This document shows positions 19,101 through 27,507 of a stretch of 52,143 bases of DNA, one piece after another (the stretch's first letter is position 1; each line of letters begins with the position of its first letter). A model generated the notes under the pieces. It saw only the letters and a list, made by a program, of their open reading frames with translations, did no database searches and was not told where the DNA came from. The position numbers and the translations under genes are program-made. The DNA comes from Candidatus Omnitrophota bacterium (lineage in GTDB: Bacteria > Omnitrophota > Gorgyraeia > Zapsychrales > JANLHA01), in the NCBI GenBank assembly GCA_017995055.1, contig JAGOJP010000002.1, positions 1 through 52,143 on the forward strand. Direction: 5' to 3'.

Positions 19101-19222
19101 GCGAGACCTGGCAGCCTTTGGGAAGGACCATGTTCGGGGGTCTACTGGTTTCGACATTAATAACCCTCATCTTTGTGCCGACTCTTTATACCGTTCTTCA
19201 CCGGAAGATATTAAAAAACTAG
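16121..19222 (+). CDS. RND efflux permease (AcrB/CzcA superfamily)
   Basis: 1033 aa with 12-TM/two-large-loop architecture, and AIAAGMVVDNAIVVVDN and LLGIVVNNAIVLI TM4/TM10 motifs. Confidence 0.9.
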   Translation: MNLPEFGVKRPVTNLMIFSSIIVLALYSLTRLGIDNMPKIEPPVISVICSYPGASPEDVEAKVTEPLENQLATTPGLEKITSKSSDGLSVISLKFDWATDLDAASNDIRDRIELAKRFLPDIPDEMENPIIFKFNTANMPVLFISVTATQSYTQLYDIIDKRVADPIRQLPGVGTVQLFGGLERQINVLIDRQRLEGYGLSILDIQETLKAENIAQPLGKLKTGLTDYLIRLPGEFASPEEINSVILGKHNGHLIYLKDIAKIEDGFKEVNLKARINGHPGLLLFIQKQTDTNTVKVATSIKKRLNELLKILPGDIQMHIIFDTSQDITDSLNNLKSSVWVGITLVLFVVWFFLRRIIPSIIIALTIPFSLLIAFIYLFLSGRTVNVISLSSLAIAAGMVVDNAIVVVDNVYRKLERGNRPREAAIFGAKEMFLAIAASTFTTVVVFLPMLFLPGVIGIMFGEMAVIITVTLLASLFTAATFTPMLCSLWMKGLFQNNNGHGLFTRFYMFSEKIFHRVDEYYATILDWALRHKKLVLISFSAAFFGTLLLTPFIGNEFAPEEDTGDVRLTVSLPLGTRLEESDKVARRIEAIIKADIPEAKLIFARMGETKGGASGQTGGSHVISCGMKLVPKTERKRSDKEIAQALRQKINPIPGIEKIDMTIGNPIGRMLTGMGGKSVQIEIIGNSFDATNDVAHRIKSMLEKVPGAVDVSISRELNRPQLEIQIDRIKAASLGLTMNTIANSLNTSIAGSTATKYREEGETYDIFVRLEESSRQKIEDLENLSIVSPVTQTPIKLANIARVIEGFSPVEIERQNRERVVRIECNAYQRSSGKIVEDIKIELEKMTLPANVMVNIGGEAEEQKKAFQDLGLLLLLGVCLVYMIMAAQFESLLDPFIVMFAIPFTFIGVIWTFYITGTTLSIVSYLGIIMLLGIVVNNAIVLISYIILLRARGLNMHDAVTHAGQDRLRAILMTTITTLAGFLPLAVSQGVGSETWQPLGRTMFGGLLVSTLITLIFVPTLYTVLHRKILKN

Positions 19223-19233
19223 GAGGACAAGGC

Positions 19234-19527
19234 ATGCTGAAAATGGTTATGCTTGTGTTTAATGAAGCCGTGGAACTGGAAATACTGGAAGTCCTGGAGC
19301 AATGCGGCGTTAAGAATTATACAAAAATACCAGAAACATACGGCCGGGGGACGACGTCAGGCGGACACGAAGGGAATGATATCTGGCCAGGCCGGAATAC
19401 GATTTTTTACGTCGCCTGCCCGGAAGAGAACGCCAAGAAAATGCTTGATGCAGTCAGAGGACTCCGCAAAACTTTAGGGGAAGAAGGCGTTAAGGCGTTT
19501 CTGCTGCCGCTGGAAGAATTGACTTAA
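19234..19527 (+). CDS. Small PII-like, transporter-associated protein
   Basis: 97 aa with a beta-alpha-beta pattern (MVMLVFNEAVELEILEVLEQCGVKNYTKI...GR). AGGAGG lies 7 nt upstream. It is the last gene of the RND operon. I recall a 'PG0541-family transporter-associated protein' family of this type but cannot verify membership. Confidence 0.55.
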   Translation: MLKMVMLVFNEAVELEILEVLEQCGVKNYTKIPETYGRGTTSGGHEGNDIWPGRNTIFYVACPEENAKKMLDAVRGLRKTLGEEGVKAFLLPLEELT

Positions 19528-19557
19528 ATTGTTTTAAGTCTGACGGAGAAAACTCAA

Positions 19558-19592
19558 GGGGGGCTGGAGTGAATTAGCCCCTTTTATTTTTT
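19558..19592 (+). terminator. Intrinsic terminator of the efflux operon
   Basis: GGGGCT-(10 nt)-AGCCCC followed by TTTTATTTTTT, 30 nt after the stop. Confidence 0.65.
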
Positions 19593-19683
19593 AAAAAAAT
19601 AGAGGCGCTTGAACGACAGCCCCCCTTGAATTTTCTTTTACTTAAATAACTTATAATATTAGAAGTGACGGAATCTTTACTCA

Positions 19684-19722
19684 TTATAAAACCGGCGGGT
19701 AGGATAACCCGCCGGTTTTATA
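19684..19722. terminator. Bidirectional intrinsic terminator (serves the ferritin-like gene)
   Basis: Perfect 10-bp stem ACCGGCGGGT / ACCCGCCGGT (19691..19700 and 19707..19716), flanked by A and T runs. Confidence 0.65.
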
Positions 19723-19769
19723 AATTCAAAACCCGTGCCAGAAAGACACGTAGCAACCAAGCAATCATT

Positions 19770-20261
19770 TCAAACAATTTTAGTCTTCATATCCGCCAAA
19801 ATAGCTTCCAAATCTTCCTCATGCTTGACCTCATCTTCCAGAATTTCCAAGACAAGATGGGCCGTAATGGGGTCCTTTCCCTCCACCATCTTCAACAATT
19901 TCTGATAAACCTCAATCGCGCATTGCTCACCCTTGATATTCTGCTCCAGCAGTTTTTTCGTCGCAGGGTTGCTGGGTTCATCATAGCCGCAGTTGCCTTC
20001 CTGCTCCCATTGTTTCGGATTCAATAGCGGGGTCCCTCCAAGCTGGATAATCCGGTCCGTCAGTTTATTGGCGTGCTCCAACTCTTCATTGGCATGCTCT
20101 GCCAGTTCTTCGGCGACAATGCCGCGCATCCTTCCCACCGCGACTTTGGAGCCAGCCCAATATTGATAGTAGGCCAGCCATTCATCCGCCAGCGCCTTGT
20201 TGAGTTGTTTCACCAACCCTTTAATATCAACCCCCACAATTTCTCTCCCTTTTGTTCCCAT
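19770..20261 (-). CDS. Ferritin-like (bacterioferritin/Dps-like) di-iron protein
   Basis: 163 aa with four-helix-bundle E..EH-type motifs (EELAEHANEELEHA ... EILEDEVKHEE). AGGAGG RBS. Its own extended -10 (TGATATAAT) lies upstream. Confidence 0.75.
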   Translation of the reverse strand: MGTKGREIVGVDIKGLVKQLNKALADEWLAYYQYWAGSKVAVGRMRGIVAEELAEHANEELEHANKLTDRIIQLGGTPLLNPKQWEQEGNCGYDEPSNPATKKLLEQNIKGEQCAIEVYQKLLKMVEGKDPITAHLVLEILEDEVKHEEDLEAILADMKTKIV

Positions 20262-20382
20262 AGTTCCTCCTCTTATTCTTATGGTTTGTTCTTTCTTGTA
20301 TTTTTACAAATTAAACGGTATAGAGATTATATCACTAACTTAACGAATAAAAAAAACTTTATGGCATTTAAGGCAAAAATAT

Positions 20383-20820
20383 TCATTTTTCATTCTTACA
20401 GTCCCGGCACAGGCCTTCAAAGACGACCCTTTTACGCACCACATCAAACGTCTGTTTCAGGGCCGCAGGGATCTTAAGGTCCGCATAAGATTGATCGCAA
20501 AAATCAATAATCTTCTGACAGCGCAGACAATGCAAATGATGGTGGTCCTCTAAATCCGGATCAAAACGTTTAACTTCCCCATACCCTTCCACCAGGCGTA
20601 CCATCCCTGTCTCGGAAAAAGACAGAAGCGTCCGGTAAACAGTATCGAATGAAATATGGGGCAATATTTTTCTGACCCGTTTATACAACTCATCAGCGGA
20701 AGGATGATCTTTGGCTTTGGATAATTCCTCAAAAATAACCATCCTTTGCGGAGTAATTTTTAAGCCGCACCGGGTGCAAGCCTCCTGGAACCATTGCCTT
20801 TTCTTTGTGTGTGTGCTCAT
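20383..20820 (-). CDS. Fur-family (PerR/Fur-like) metalloregulator
   Basis: 145 aa with a winged HTH, then an HHHLHCLRC ... CRDC structural-Zn/regulatory-site pattern. Confidence 0.85.
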   Translation of the reverse strand: MSTHTKKRQWFQEACTRCGLKITPQRMVIFEELSKAKDHPSADELYKRVRKILPHISFDTVYRTLLSFSETGMVRLVEGYGEVKRFDPDLEDHHHLHCLRCQKIIDFCDQSYADLKIPAALKQTFDVVRKRVVFEGLCRDCKNEK

Positions 20821-20829
20821 AATGAAAAT

Positions 20830-20872
20830 ACTATATAGTAATTATTACTAATAGTCAATAAAAATTATTGAC
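20830..20872 (-). promoter_or_regulatory. fur promoter with two Fur-box-like palindromes
   Basis: On the minus strand: TTGACT (20858..20853), a 17-nt spacer, then TATAGT (20835..20830). The perfect 7-1-7 palindrome TAGTAATTATTACTA (20836..20850) fills the spacer. The 8-3-8 palindrome GTCAATAA-AAA-TTATTGAC (20854..20872) covers the -35. Confidence 0.55.
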
Positions 20873-21370
20873 TCTCAGCGGCGAGGAGACAAGCGGGGCA
20901 CAAAAACAAGAGCAGATTTTTGGGGAAGCTGTCAGATTTTTGTGTCAATCCGCTTTCCAATAGTCTTCCCTCTTCCCCAAACAAGAATCTCGGCTTACAC
21001 AGAATCGCATATTGATTAAGGCCTGTTTCCATTCCCTAAAAAATAAAATCTAAAACTTGAGATGATTCTTGCCAAAAGTAAACATAACGTTAAAATAATA
21101 AATGTCGGGACCAGAATCGTCTCTTCATCCAATCAACAGTTTGCTCTCTTCGTTTAAATATAAATAGTTTCTATAAAATATTGGGGCAAAACACTTTCTT
21201 CTTTATAATAAAGTTTCTTTCCATCTGGGGTGTCTTGCATTGTATATCCTTAAACGGAGAAGATGAGGACAATATTGACGTGATAACTATAGCTTACGGC
21301 ACATATTACAAATAAACTTTCAGAAAAATTAAGGCAATTTCCTGAATGTTACCCTTTTGTGGAGGGTATT

Positions 21371-21880
21371 ATGCATTTTCGTGCGGCAGTAGTCTTGTTG
21401 ATTTCAATTTGGATTTTCTCCCTTTTTACTCTCTGTTCCTATGCGATAGAAGCCGACCAGATTAAAGTGGCTTTTATTTATAATTTTTCTAAGTATATTG
21501 ACTGGCCGACGTCTGTCCCCGGTGACACTTTCACGGTTTGCGGCTACGGGGATGGAGATGATGTTTTATCATCGATTAGCGGGAAAAGCACGCAAGGGAA
21601 AACAATTAAAATAAAAAAGTTATCTAATCCGGAAGAAGCGGATAGTTGTCATATCGTCTACATCAGGTCCGGGGTATCTGCAGAGGGAATTCTGGCAAAC
21701 CTTAAAAACAAGCATGTTCTCACGGTGGGGGATGAATCCGGGTTTCTCAATAAAGGAGGAATGATAGGTTTTAAAATGAATGACGGCAAAGTTGTTTTTG
21801 ATATAAATGCCACTTTAGTGCGGGGGAATGGGTTAACGGTCAGTTCTCAACTTCTTAAATTTGCAAATGAGATAAAATAA
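21371..21880 (+). CDS. YfiR-family (DUF4154) periplasmic protein
   Basis: Signal peptide, then [16 protein letters not shown] ... HIVYI ... [18 protein letters not shown] ... SSQLLKFA, the YfiR/DUF4154 pattern. The ATG at 21371 follows GGAGGG; the track start at 21359 is GTG. Confidence 0.75.
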   Translation: MHFRAAVVLLISIWIFSLFTLCSYAIEADQIKVAFIYNFSKYIDWPTSVPGDTFTVCGYGDGDDVLSSISGKSTQGKTIKIKKLSNPEEADSCHIVYIRSGVSAEGILANLKNKHVLTVGDESGFLNKGGMIGFKMNDGKVVFDINATLVRGNGLTVSSQLLKFANEIK

Positions 21881-21881
21881 A

Positions 21882-23300
21882 ATGCAAATATTTCGCAACT
21901 TATCTGTAAAATATATTATTGCCCTTGTGATTACCGTCACCTGTGTTTTTGTGTTATTTCTTGCCTGCTTGAGCTATATTGTGATTGATATTACAAGTTT
22001 TCACAAGGAATTGCCCAAAAACATCCAAACTCTTGCGCAAGTTTTAGGCGAGAATGCGGTTTCAGCCATTTTGTTTAATGACGCGTCTACCGCAGAAGAG
22101 GTTCTATCGGCCCTGCACACCAATCCGCATATTATTTCCGCATGTCTTTATACAGATGGAACAACTCCTTTTGCCACGTATCTACGCGATAAGAATGCTT
22201 CGCTGAAATTTCCGGCTACGATTAAGGAAAATAGTTATGAATTTACATCACATTCTCTGAATTTATTCCAGAATCTTATGTCAGAGGGGGAAAAGATCGG
22301 TACAATCTTTATTCAATCAGATTTGCTTCAAATGGATTCCCAACTCATAAAATTTATTGTTATTTCTTTAATAATTATGCTGTTTTTAGTCGGAATCTCT
22401 TTATTGATGGGGATATTGATCGGCAATAAGATATCCGCGTCCATTGAATGGCTTAAGCGGCTCTTTATGGATATTGGCAATGGGGATCTGACTCAAAGGA
22501 TATCTTTTGAGTCAAAAAATGAAATGGGTGATCTGGCAAGATATTTCAACTTGTTTATCAACAATATTGAATTGACTGTCTCTCAGGTGAAAGAATGTAC
22601 TCGCCACATAAAAGAATCATCGAATATTTTCGGCGATATTGCCCGGACCATTCTGTCGGGGGCGCAGCAACAATCGGCAAGTTTTGAAAATTTTTCGAGT
22701 TCTATCCAAGAAGCCGCTGCGGATGCCAATCGCGTTAATGATATTTCGAAAGAAACAGCGAAAAATACTTTGGACATGAAAAATAGCATGACGAAAACTA
22801 TTGATGCGATAAATTCTATCAAAGGAAGCTCTAACCAGATTAAGAATGCCGTTGGCATTATAACGAATATTGCACAAGAGATTAATCTTCTGGCTCTCAA
22901 TGCTGCGATAGAAGCCGCTCGGGCGGGAGAATACGGAAAAGGGTTTTCCGTGGTTGCCGATGAAGTGCGAAAACTTGCAGAGAACAGCGCTGTTTCAGCG
23001 AATGAAATTAATAGCCTGGTGGCCGAAAGTTCAAAAATGGTTTCAACGGGTTCCATGTTAGCGAATCAGTTGAGTGAGGAACTTAATCAAATAGTTGACA
23101 ACATGAGAGAAGTCGCAAAGCATATTGACGGAATATCCTCAAAAGTGGAAGGCCAAGCGGCTTCCGTTGAGGAAAACTCATCAGTTACAGCAACCAATAC
23201 CCAAAGCGCAGAAAAACTTTATGATACGGTCGTCACAATGAATGAGTTATTCGAAAAATTGAATATCTTAGTTAATAAATTTATAATAAAAACATCCTAA
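21882..23300 (+). CDS. Methyl-accepting chemotaxis protein (two-TM periplasmic sensor, HAMP, MCP signalling domain)
   Basis: Highly conserved hairpin tip [34 protein letters not shown]1, an approximately 130-aa periplasmic domain, TM2, then HAMP. Confidence 0.9.
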   Translation: MQIFRNLSVKYIIALVITVTCVFVLFLACLSYIVIDITSFHKELPKNIQTLAQVLGENAVSAILFNDASTAEEVLSALHTNPHIISACLYTDGTTPFATYLRDKNASLKFPATIKENSYEFTSHSLNLFQNLMSEGEKIGTIFIQSDLLQMDSQLIKFIVISLIIMLFLVGISLLMGILIGNKISASIEWLKRLFMDIGNGDLTQRISFESKNEMGDLARYFNLFINNIELTVSQVKECTRHIKESSNIFGDIARTILSGAQQQSASFENFSSSIQEAAADANRVNDISKETAKNTLDMKNSMTKTIDAINSIKGSSNQIKNAVGIITNIAQEINLLALNAAIEAARAGEYGKGFSVVADEVRKLAENSAVSANEINSLVAESSKMVSTGSMLANQLSEELNQIVDNMREVAKHIDGISSKVEGQAASVEENSSVTATNTQSAEKLYDTVVTMNELFEKLNILVNKFIIKTS

Positions 23301-23394
23301 CCTGTCCCGGAAAACCAGACCGCGCTGGCAGGTTTAAATTCCGGTTTGGGGAAAGCTTCTTTTTGTTTCCGGGGGATGGCTCCAGCGATAAATT

Positions 23395-23792
23395 TTAAAA
23401 TTTCCATCCCACAGAAAGTTCGACGGCCCGCCCCGGCCTGGCAAGAGGCCGATTCACCGCCCCTCCCACTTCATAATACTTATCAAAAAGATTGCTCAAT
23501 TTCAGTTGGAAATCAAAATCTTTTAATGTGTAATTCATCGTCATATCCATCGTGGCCCACCTGTTTTCATCCACCCATCCGGGATGTCTTCCAACATATC
23601 TTTTATGATATGGTATCCGCGCCTTTTAATTTCATCACCCGAAAGCACATTGATCGCAGCAGGGGCGCTTGTACCGCTCTGTTCTCTCAGGGTTGCGGTT
23701 GAAACAACGGGTATTTCCAACAACTCTCCGATATCCATCGACAACAATTCTTCCATAGTCATCGCTTTTTCCGAATTAGTCACAGAGGCCAC
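23395..23792 (-). pseudogene. TonB-dependent receptor remnant (plug N-terminus joined out of frame to the last ~50 codons)
   Basis: 23541..23792 encodes EELLSMDIGELLEIPVVSTATLREQSGTSAPAAINVLSGDEIKRRG (plug start). Another frame at 23395..23545 encodes LSNLFDKYYEVGGAVNRPLARPGRAVELSVGWKF-stop (the C-terminal barrel strand ending in F). The ~600 aa between them are missing. Confidence 0.7.
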
Positions 23793-23804
23793 CCCGCATC
23801 ACAG

Positions 23805-24716
23805 TCAAGGCAGCAACTCCCAAGAGATAACAAATTCTCCCAAAGGATGCGCGCCCAATCTTAATTCAGTTTTCCCATCATTCCAGGTCACCCTATCCGG
23901 AGCTTCTTGCTCCGGGCTCCCGTACAAATCCCTCAAAAAACCCAAATGACTTAAAAACACGTCCCCGGGATCTTGCTCCTCAGGTTTGACGGGCACATAA
24001 ATCATGATATTGTCCAGCCGGTCCTGATTAAACTCAAAAAAAGCCTCCGCGGGATGCAAATTGACCGTTAGGGAACTTTTAAAAATTTCGGTCGTGGCCA
24101 GCATCTCCCCTTCCCGGGGTAATTTCTCCGCTTTGAAATGCTTATACTGCGCCAGAAACTGCTCCTGAGTCATGCCTAACGTGACTCCCTCAAGAGATGA
24201 TATTTTGCCCGGCGCAAGGTCCTTTATGACAACAGACTCCCGTAACCATCGAAGACCGGCTAAGACCGAATAAAGACCATCTTGTTCCCCCACAACGACA
24301 ACCCCGGTGTCATTGAACCCATCCCTCCACTGGACCGCCCCCATCTCGCTGTCAACAGCACGGGGAACCCCGTAAAGGTCCTTTAAACGCTCCATAAGAC
24401 GGGAATAGTCTTCCGGGGTAATATCAAATTGTAACGCCAAGGCTTCAAGCCCCCTGTCTGTGACAACACAGACGGCGTTCATCTTCAACTGGCCTGCCAA
24501 AAACGACGCCTGATACTTATCCTGCCCCATAGACGTGACCGGCCCATCCGACACCTTCTCTATCTCCTCAATACTCATGCCCCAGCGAAAAAGCCCGCCA
24601 ACACCCGGGTATTGATCAAGATGGCTTTTCCCTCCCTCCGCTTCCGCCTTTGCCGGAGCAACACAAACGCTAAGAAATCCCGCGACTAGGATCAGAAACA
24701 TTAAATTTCTTCTCAT
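23805..24716 (-). CDS. Secreted protein with an internal two-domain duplication, function unknown
   Basis: Start set at MRRNLMFLILVAGFLSVCVAPAKA (signal peptide). Two ~130-aa halves share G-M-(S/T)-x-E ... L(K/R)DLYG-x-P ... W-x-DG. Confidence 0.5.
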   Translation of the reverse strand: MRRNLMFLILVAGFLSVCVAPAKAEAEGGKSHLDQYPGVGGLFRWGMSIEEIEKVSDGPVTSMGQDKYQASFLAGQLKMNAVCVVTDRGLEALALQFDITPEDYSRLMERLKDLYGVPRAVDSEMGAVQWRDGFNDTGVVVVGEQDGLYSVLAGLRWLRESVVIKDLAPGKISSLEGVTLGMTQEQFLAQYKHFKAEKLPREGEMLATTEIFKSSLTVNLHPAEAFFEFNQDRLDNIMIYVPVKPEEQDPGDVFLSHLGFLRDLYGSPEQEAPDRVTWNDGKTELRLGAHPLGEFVISWELLP

Positions 24717-25482
24717 CACATTCTCCTTCTTTCCCCGAACCGCATATCGGGCATTGTTGAAGCCGCAACGGCTTTTCAAGATTACTCTGATTTAACACGT
24801 TTTCATCGCACAAGACCTCCTGCATCGGGCCGTCCGCGATGATCCGGCCCTGATGAAGGACAAGCACGCGTTCACAAAGATCCGCGGCCATGTCCAAATC
24901 ATGCGTGGCAATAATCTTAGTGTGACGAAAAGTTTTTAATAACTCTATCAGGCGTCTGCGTGAGGCAGGATCCAGGCTGGATGTCGGCTCATCCAGGACC
25001 AGGATATCCGGAGACATCGCCAGGACCGTTGCGATAGCCACCGCCCGTTTTTCCCCCTGAGAAAGCCGATAAGGCGGACGTCCCCTCAAGGGGGCCGCCC
25101 CCACGGTTTCAAGAGCCTGCATGGCCTGGCGCTCCCCCGCCTCCCTGTCGAGTCCCAAATTCAAAGGGCCAAAAGCCACATCATCAAACACCGTCGGCAT
25201 GAACAACTGATCATCAGGATTCTGAAAAACCATTCCAACCGAACGCCGGACAATGCCCAGTGTCTTTAACGAAACAGGACAACCCCCGATACATATCTCT
25301 CCCCGGGTTGGCATTAAACATCCGTTGAGATGCAACAATAACGTTGATTTGCCCGACCCGTTTTCCCCCACCAAGGCTACGGACTCTCCGTGCGTGATGT
25401 GAAAGAAGACCCCGTTTAACCCTTCCGTACCATCCGGATAAACATAATGCACGTCTCTGGCTTCAACGATAGGATGGCTCAT
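24670..25482 (-). CDS. cbiO: ECF transporter ATPase (CbiO/EcfA type)
   Basis: Walker A GENGSGKST, signature LSQGEKRAVAIA, Walker B ILVLDEPTS. The ATG at 25482 forms an ATGA overlap with the cbiQ stop. Confidence 0.85.
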   Translation of the reverse strand: MSHPIVEARDVHYVYPDGTEGLNGVFFHITHGESVALVGENGSGKSTLLLHLNGCLMPTRGEICIGGCPVSLKTLGIVRRSVGMVFQNPDDQLFMPTVFDDVAFGPLNLGLDREAGERQAMQALETVGAAPLRGRPPYRLSQGEKRAVAIATVLAMSPDILVLDEPTSSLDPASRRRLIELLKTFRHTKIIATHDLDMAADLCERVLVLHQGRIIADGPMQEVLCDENVLNQSNLEKPLRLQQCPICGSGKEGECDEKKFNVSDPSRGIS

Positions 25483-26291
25483 CGGAGCGACCCCCAAAGC
25501 CATTCTCCCAGTGTCAGGGGAACATTATAAACACGGAAGGCAAAAAACAAAAACGACCATCCCGCCATAAAACCGAAGTCCCGGACGCTCATCCGGCCCG
25601 GCTGAAGCATAGGAACCCGGCCGTCAAACCCCCGGCAATTCATGGCCCGGTAAATGCGTTCGGCACGCTCAAACGTCCGTAACAGCAAATGCCCGGTCAT
25701 GGAAAAAAAAGTTTTAGTGCGCACCATCCCGGCGGGAGATGACCTGAGTGCCCGGGCACGATCCATCCCGTGCGCTTCATCGCCCAGGACAAAAAGATAC
25801 CGGTAAAAGAACATCAGTTGAACGATAAAAGGCTTCGGAACGCCGAGATTGGTTAAAGCCCCGCACACCGCATTAAACCCGGTCAAAGCTATCAGCAACA
25901 ACGCCGAACTGGCTGTCAGAAAAAAACGTAACAGGATGGACAGAAAAGACACCCACCCGCCGGAGATGTCTACCGCCCCGACACGAGCAACGATCGTTCG
26001 GTCTATCACAGGATTAAAGATTCCCATCAGAAGGACGAACGGCAGGACCGTCAAAATTTTTTTCATAAAATATCCCGCCGGCAACCCGCCGGCAGAAACC
26101 AGGAAAACCGGATACATCAAAAAAGGAATAAGCGCTAACAGCGTGTATTTCCCGAAGGAAACCACGGTTATAATAAACAATAAAGTCGTCATCAATTTGG
26201 CGCGCGGGTCTAACCGGTGCAATGGGCTGCGGCCCCGGGCCAGGATATCCATATATTCAAGGTCAAAATATTTTTTCCCGATATTATTCAT
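25479..26291 (-). CDS. cbiQ: ECF transporter transmembrane T component (CbiQ/EcfT)
   Basis: SPLHRLDPRAKL N-terminal motif and the conserved R..A...RG-type (ARALRS ... AMNCRGF) cytoplasmic loop motifs. The ATG at 26291 is preferred over the TTG at 26324. Confidence 0.8.
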   Translation of the reverse strand: MNNIGKKYFDLEYMDILARGRSPLHRLDPRAKLMTTLLFIITVVSFGKYTLLALIPFLMYPVFLVSAGGLPAGYFMKKILTVLPFVLLMGIFNPVIDRTIVARVGAVDISGGWVSFLSILLRFFLTASSALLLIALTGFNAVCGALTNLGVPKPFIVQLMFFYRYLFVLGDEAHGMDRARALRSSPAGMVRTKTFFSMTGHLLLRTFERAERIYRAMNCRGFDGRVPMLQPGRMSVRDFGFMAGWSFLFFAFRVYNVPLTLGEWLWGSLR

Positions 26292-26363
26292 GCGAAAAAC
26301 CCCTAAGACTAAAAACAGGGACAAAAACCGCAGACACGCTCCCCCATCCCTTGAGAGTCAAAT

Positions 26364-27401
26364 CTAGGCCGCGGTCCTTTCCCGCCACCGGAGTCCCCAT
26401 CCTATACAAACAGTCATCAGGAGGGTCAAGGCTCCGCCCATCAACCCCGACACGGAAGTCCCGGCGTCAACCGCAGGCCACGACGGCCCGGACAATGGTT
26501 CCGAAGCAACGTTCACCCCGGCCTCTTTAAATCCATAATCGGGCAAAAACGCTGTTTTCTCCTGCCAGGACTCCAAAGAAGCGTGAAGCCCTAAAGGGCT
26601 TTCCAACTCTTCTTTCCCGGATGTTTGAAGCATGGCCCATTCCAGGCCGTCAGGATGGCTGGAGGCGAACCAACTCAAAGCTCCCCCGGAAATAAGTGTT
26701 GCCACCAGCAATCCAGCAAGAACTGTCCTCATATTCGCCGCGCCGATCGGTTCAACGCGGGTTACCGCATAAAGAATCTCCGGCCTTGCTTGAAAGACAA
26801 ATAGAACAACGGCCGCGGTCACAAGCCCTTCAACAATGCCAATGGCCAAATGAATCGGCTGCATCAACAAGACAAACGTGACAAACGGCAGTTCCGTAAT
26901 CCCGGAAAAAAGTGTCTCCAGGACGACACCGAACGCTCCCAGTTGCAACCCGATAACGGCCGCTGCCAGGGAGCCGGCCACAATTTTCCCATGCGTTAGA
27001 TGATTTCTGACGATCTTACGGTAAACAAACGGATAGGCCACGAAACAGGGGAAAAAACCGAGGTTAAAAATATTGCACCCCAACGCCAAAAGGCCGCCGT
27101 CCCCAAAAAAGAGCGCCTGCACCACGAGCACCGATGCGACGGCCAGAAAGGCCGAGAACGGCCCGAGAAGGATCGCCAGGATCATGCCCCCGCCCAAATG
27201 CCCGCTTGAGCCTGTAGCCGGGATGCTGAAATTAATCATCTGGACCGTAAAAATAAACGCAGCCAGCACACCCATGAGGGGAACCTTGCGGTCATCCGCC
27301 TCTTCTTTGAATTTCCTGGAACTATACCCGATTAACCCCGCTGAAGCCGCCCACAGTGTGGCGCCGACAGCAGGAGAGATTAAAGCATCCGCCATGTGCA
27401 T
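26364..27401 (-). CDS. cbiM: ECF substrate-capture component CbiM/NikM fused to a PDGLE (CbiN-like) domain
   Basis: N-terminal MHMADALISP (CbiM family requires the extreme N-terminus), about 7 TM helices, and a C-terminal SSHPDGLEW PDGLE motif plus a terminal TM. Confidence 0.8.
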   Translation of the reverse strand: MHMADALISPAVGATLWAASAGLIGYSSRKFKEEADDRKVPLMGVLAAFIFTVQMINFSIPATGSSGHLGGGMILAILLGPFSAFLAVASVLVVQALFFGDGGLLALGCNIFNLGFFPCFVAYPFVYRKIVRNHLTHGKIVAGSLAAAVIGLQLGAFGVVLETLFSGITELPFVTFVLLMQPIHLAIGIVEGLVTAAVVLFVFQARPEILYAVTRVEPIGAANMRTVLAGLLVATLISGGALSWFASSHPDGLEWAMLQTSGKEELESPLGLHASLESWQEKTAFLPDYGFKEAGVNVASEPLSGPSWPAVDAGTSVSGLMGGALTLLMTVCIGWGLRWRERTAA

Positions 27402-27507
27402 ATTGCTTTCTCCTTGAAACGCAAATCATGACTCTTAGAAAGTCATAGGGAATACCGGTGATTTTATTCAGAAAAGCTCCCCGGGCAGAATCCGGAAAGA
27501 GTCCCGT

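Noticed and set aside
27402-27507. Possible cobalamin or NiCo riboswitch upstream of cbiM.
   Set aside because: The spacer is only 106 nt. It has no B12-box-like sequence (GCCACUG / AGYCMGGAGACCKGCC type) or multi-helix core that I can find.
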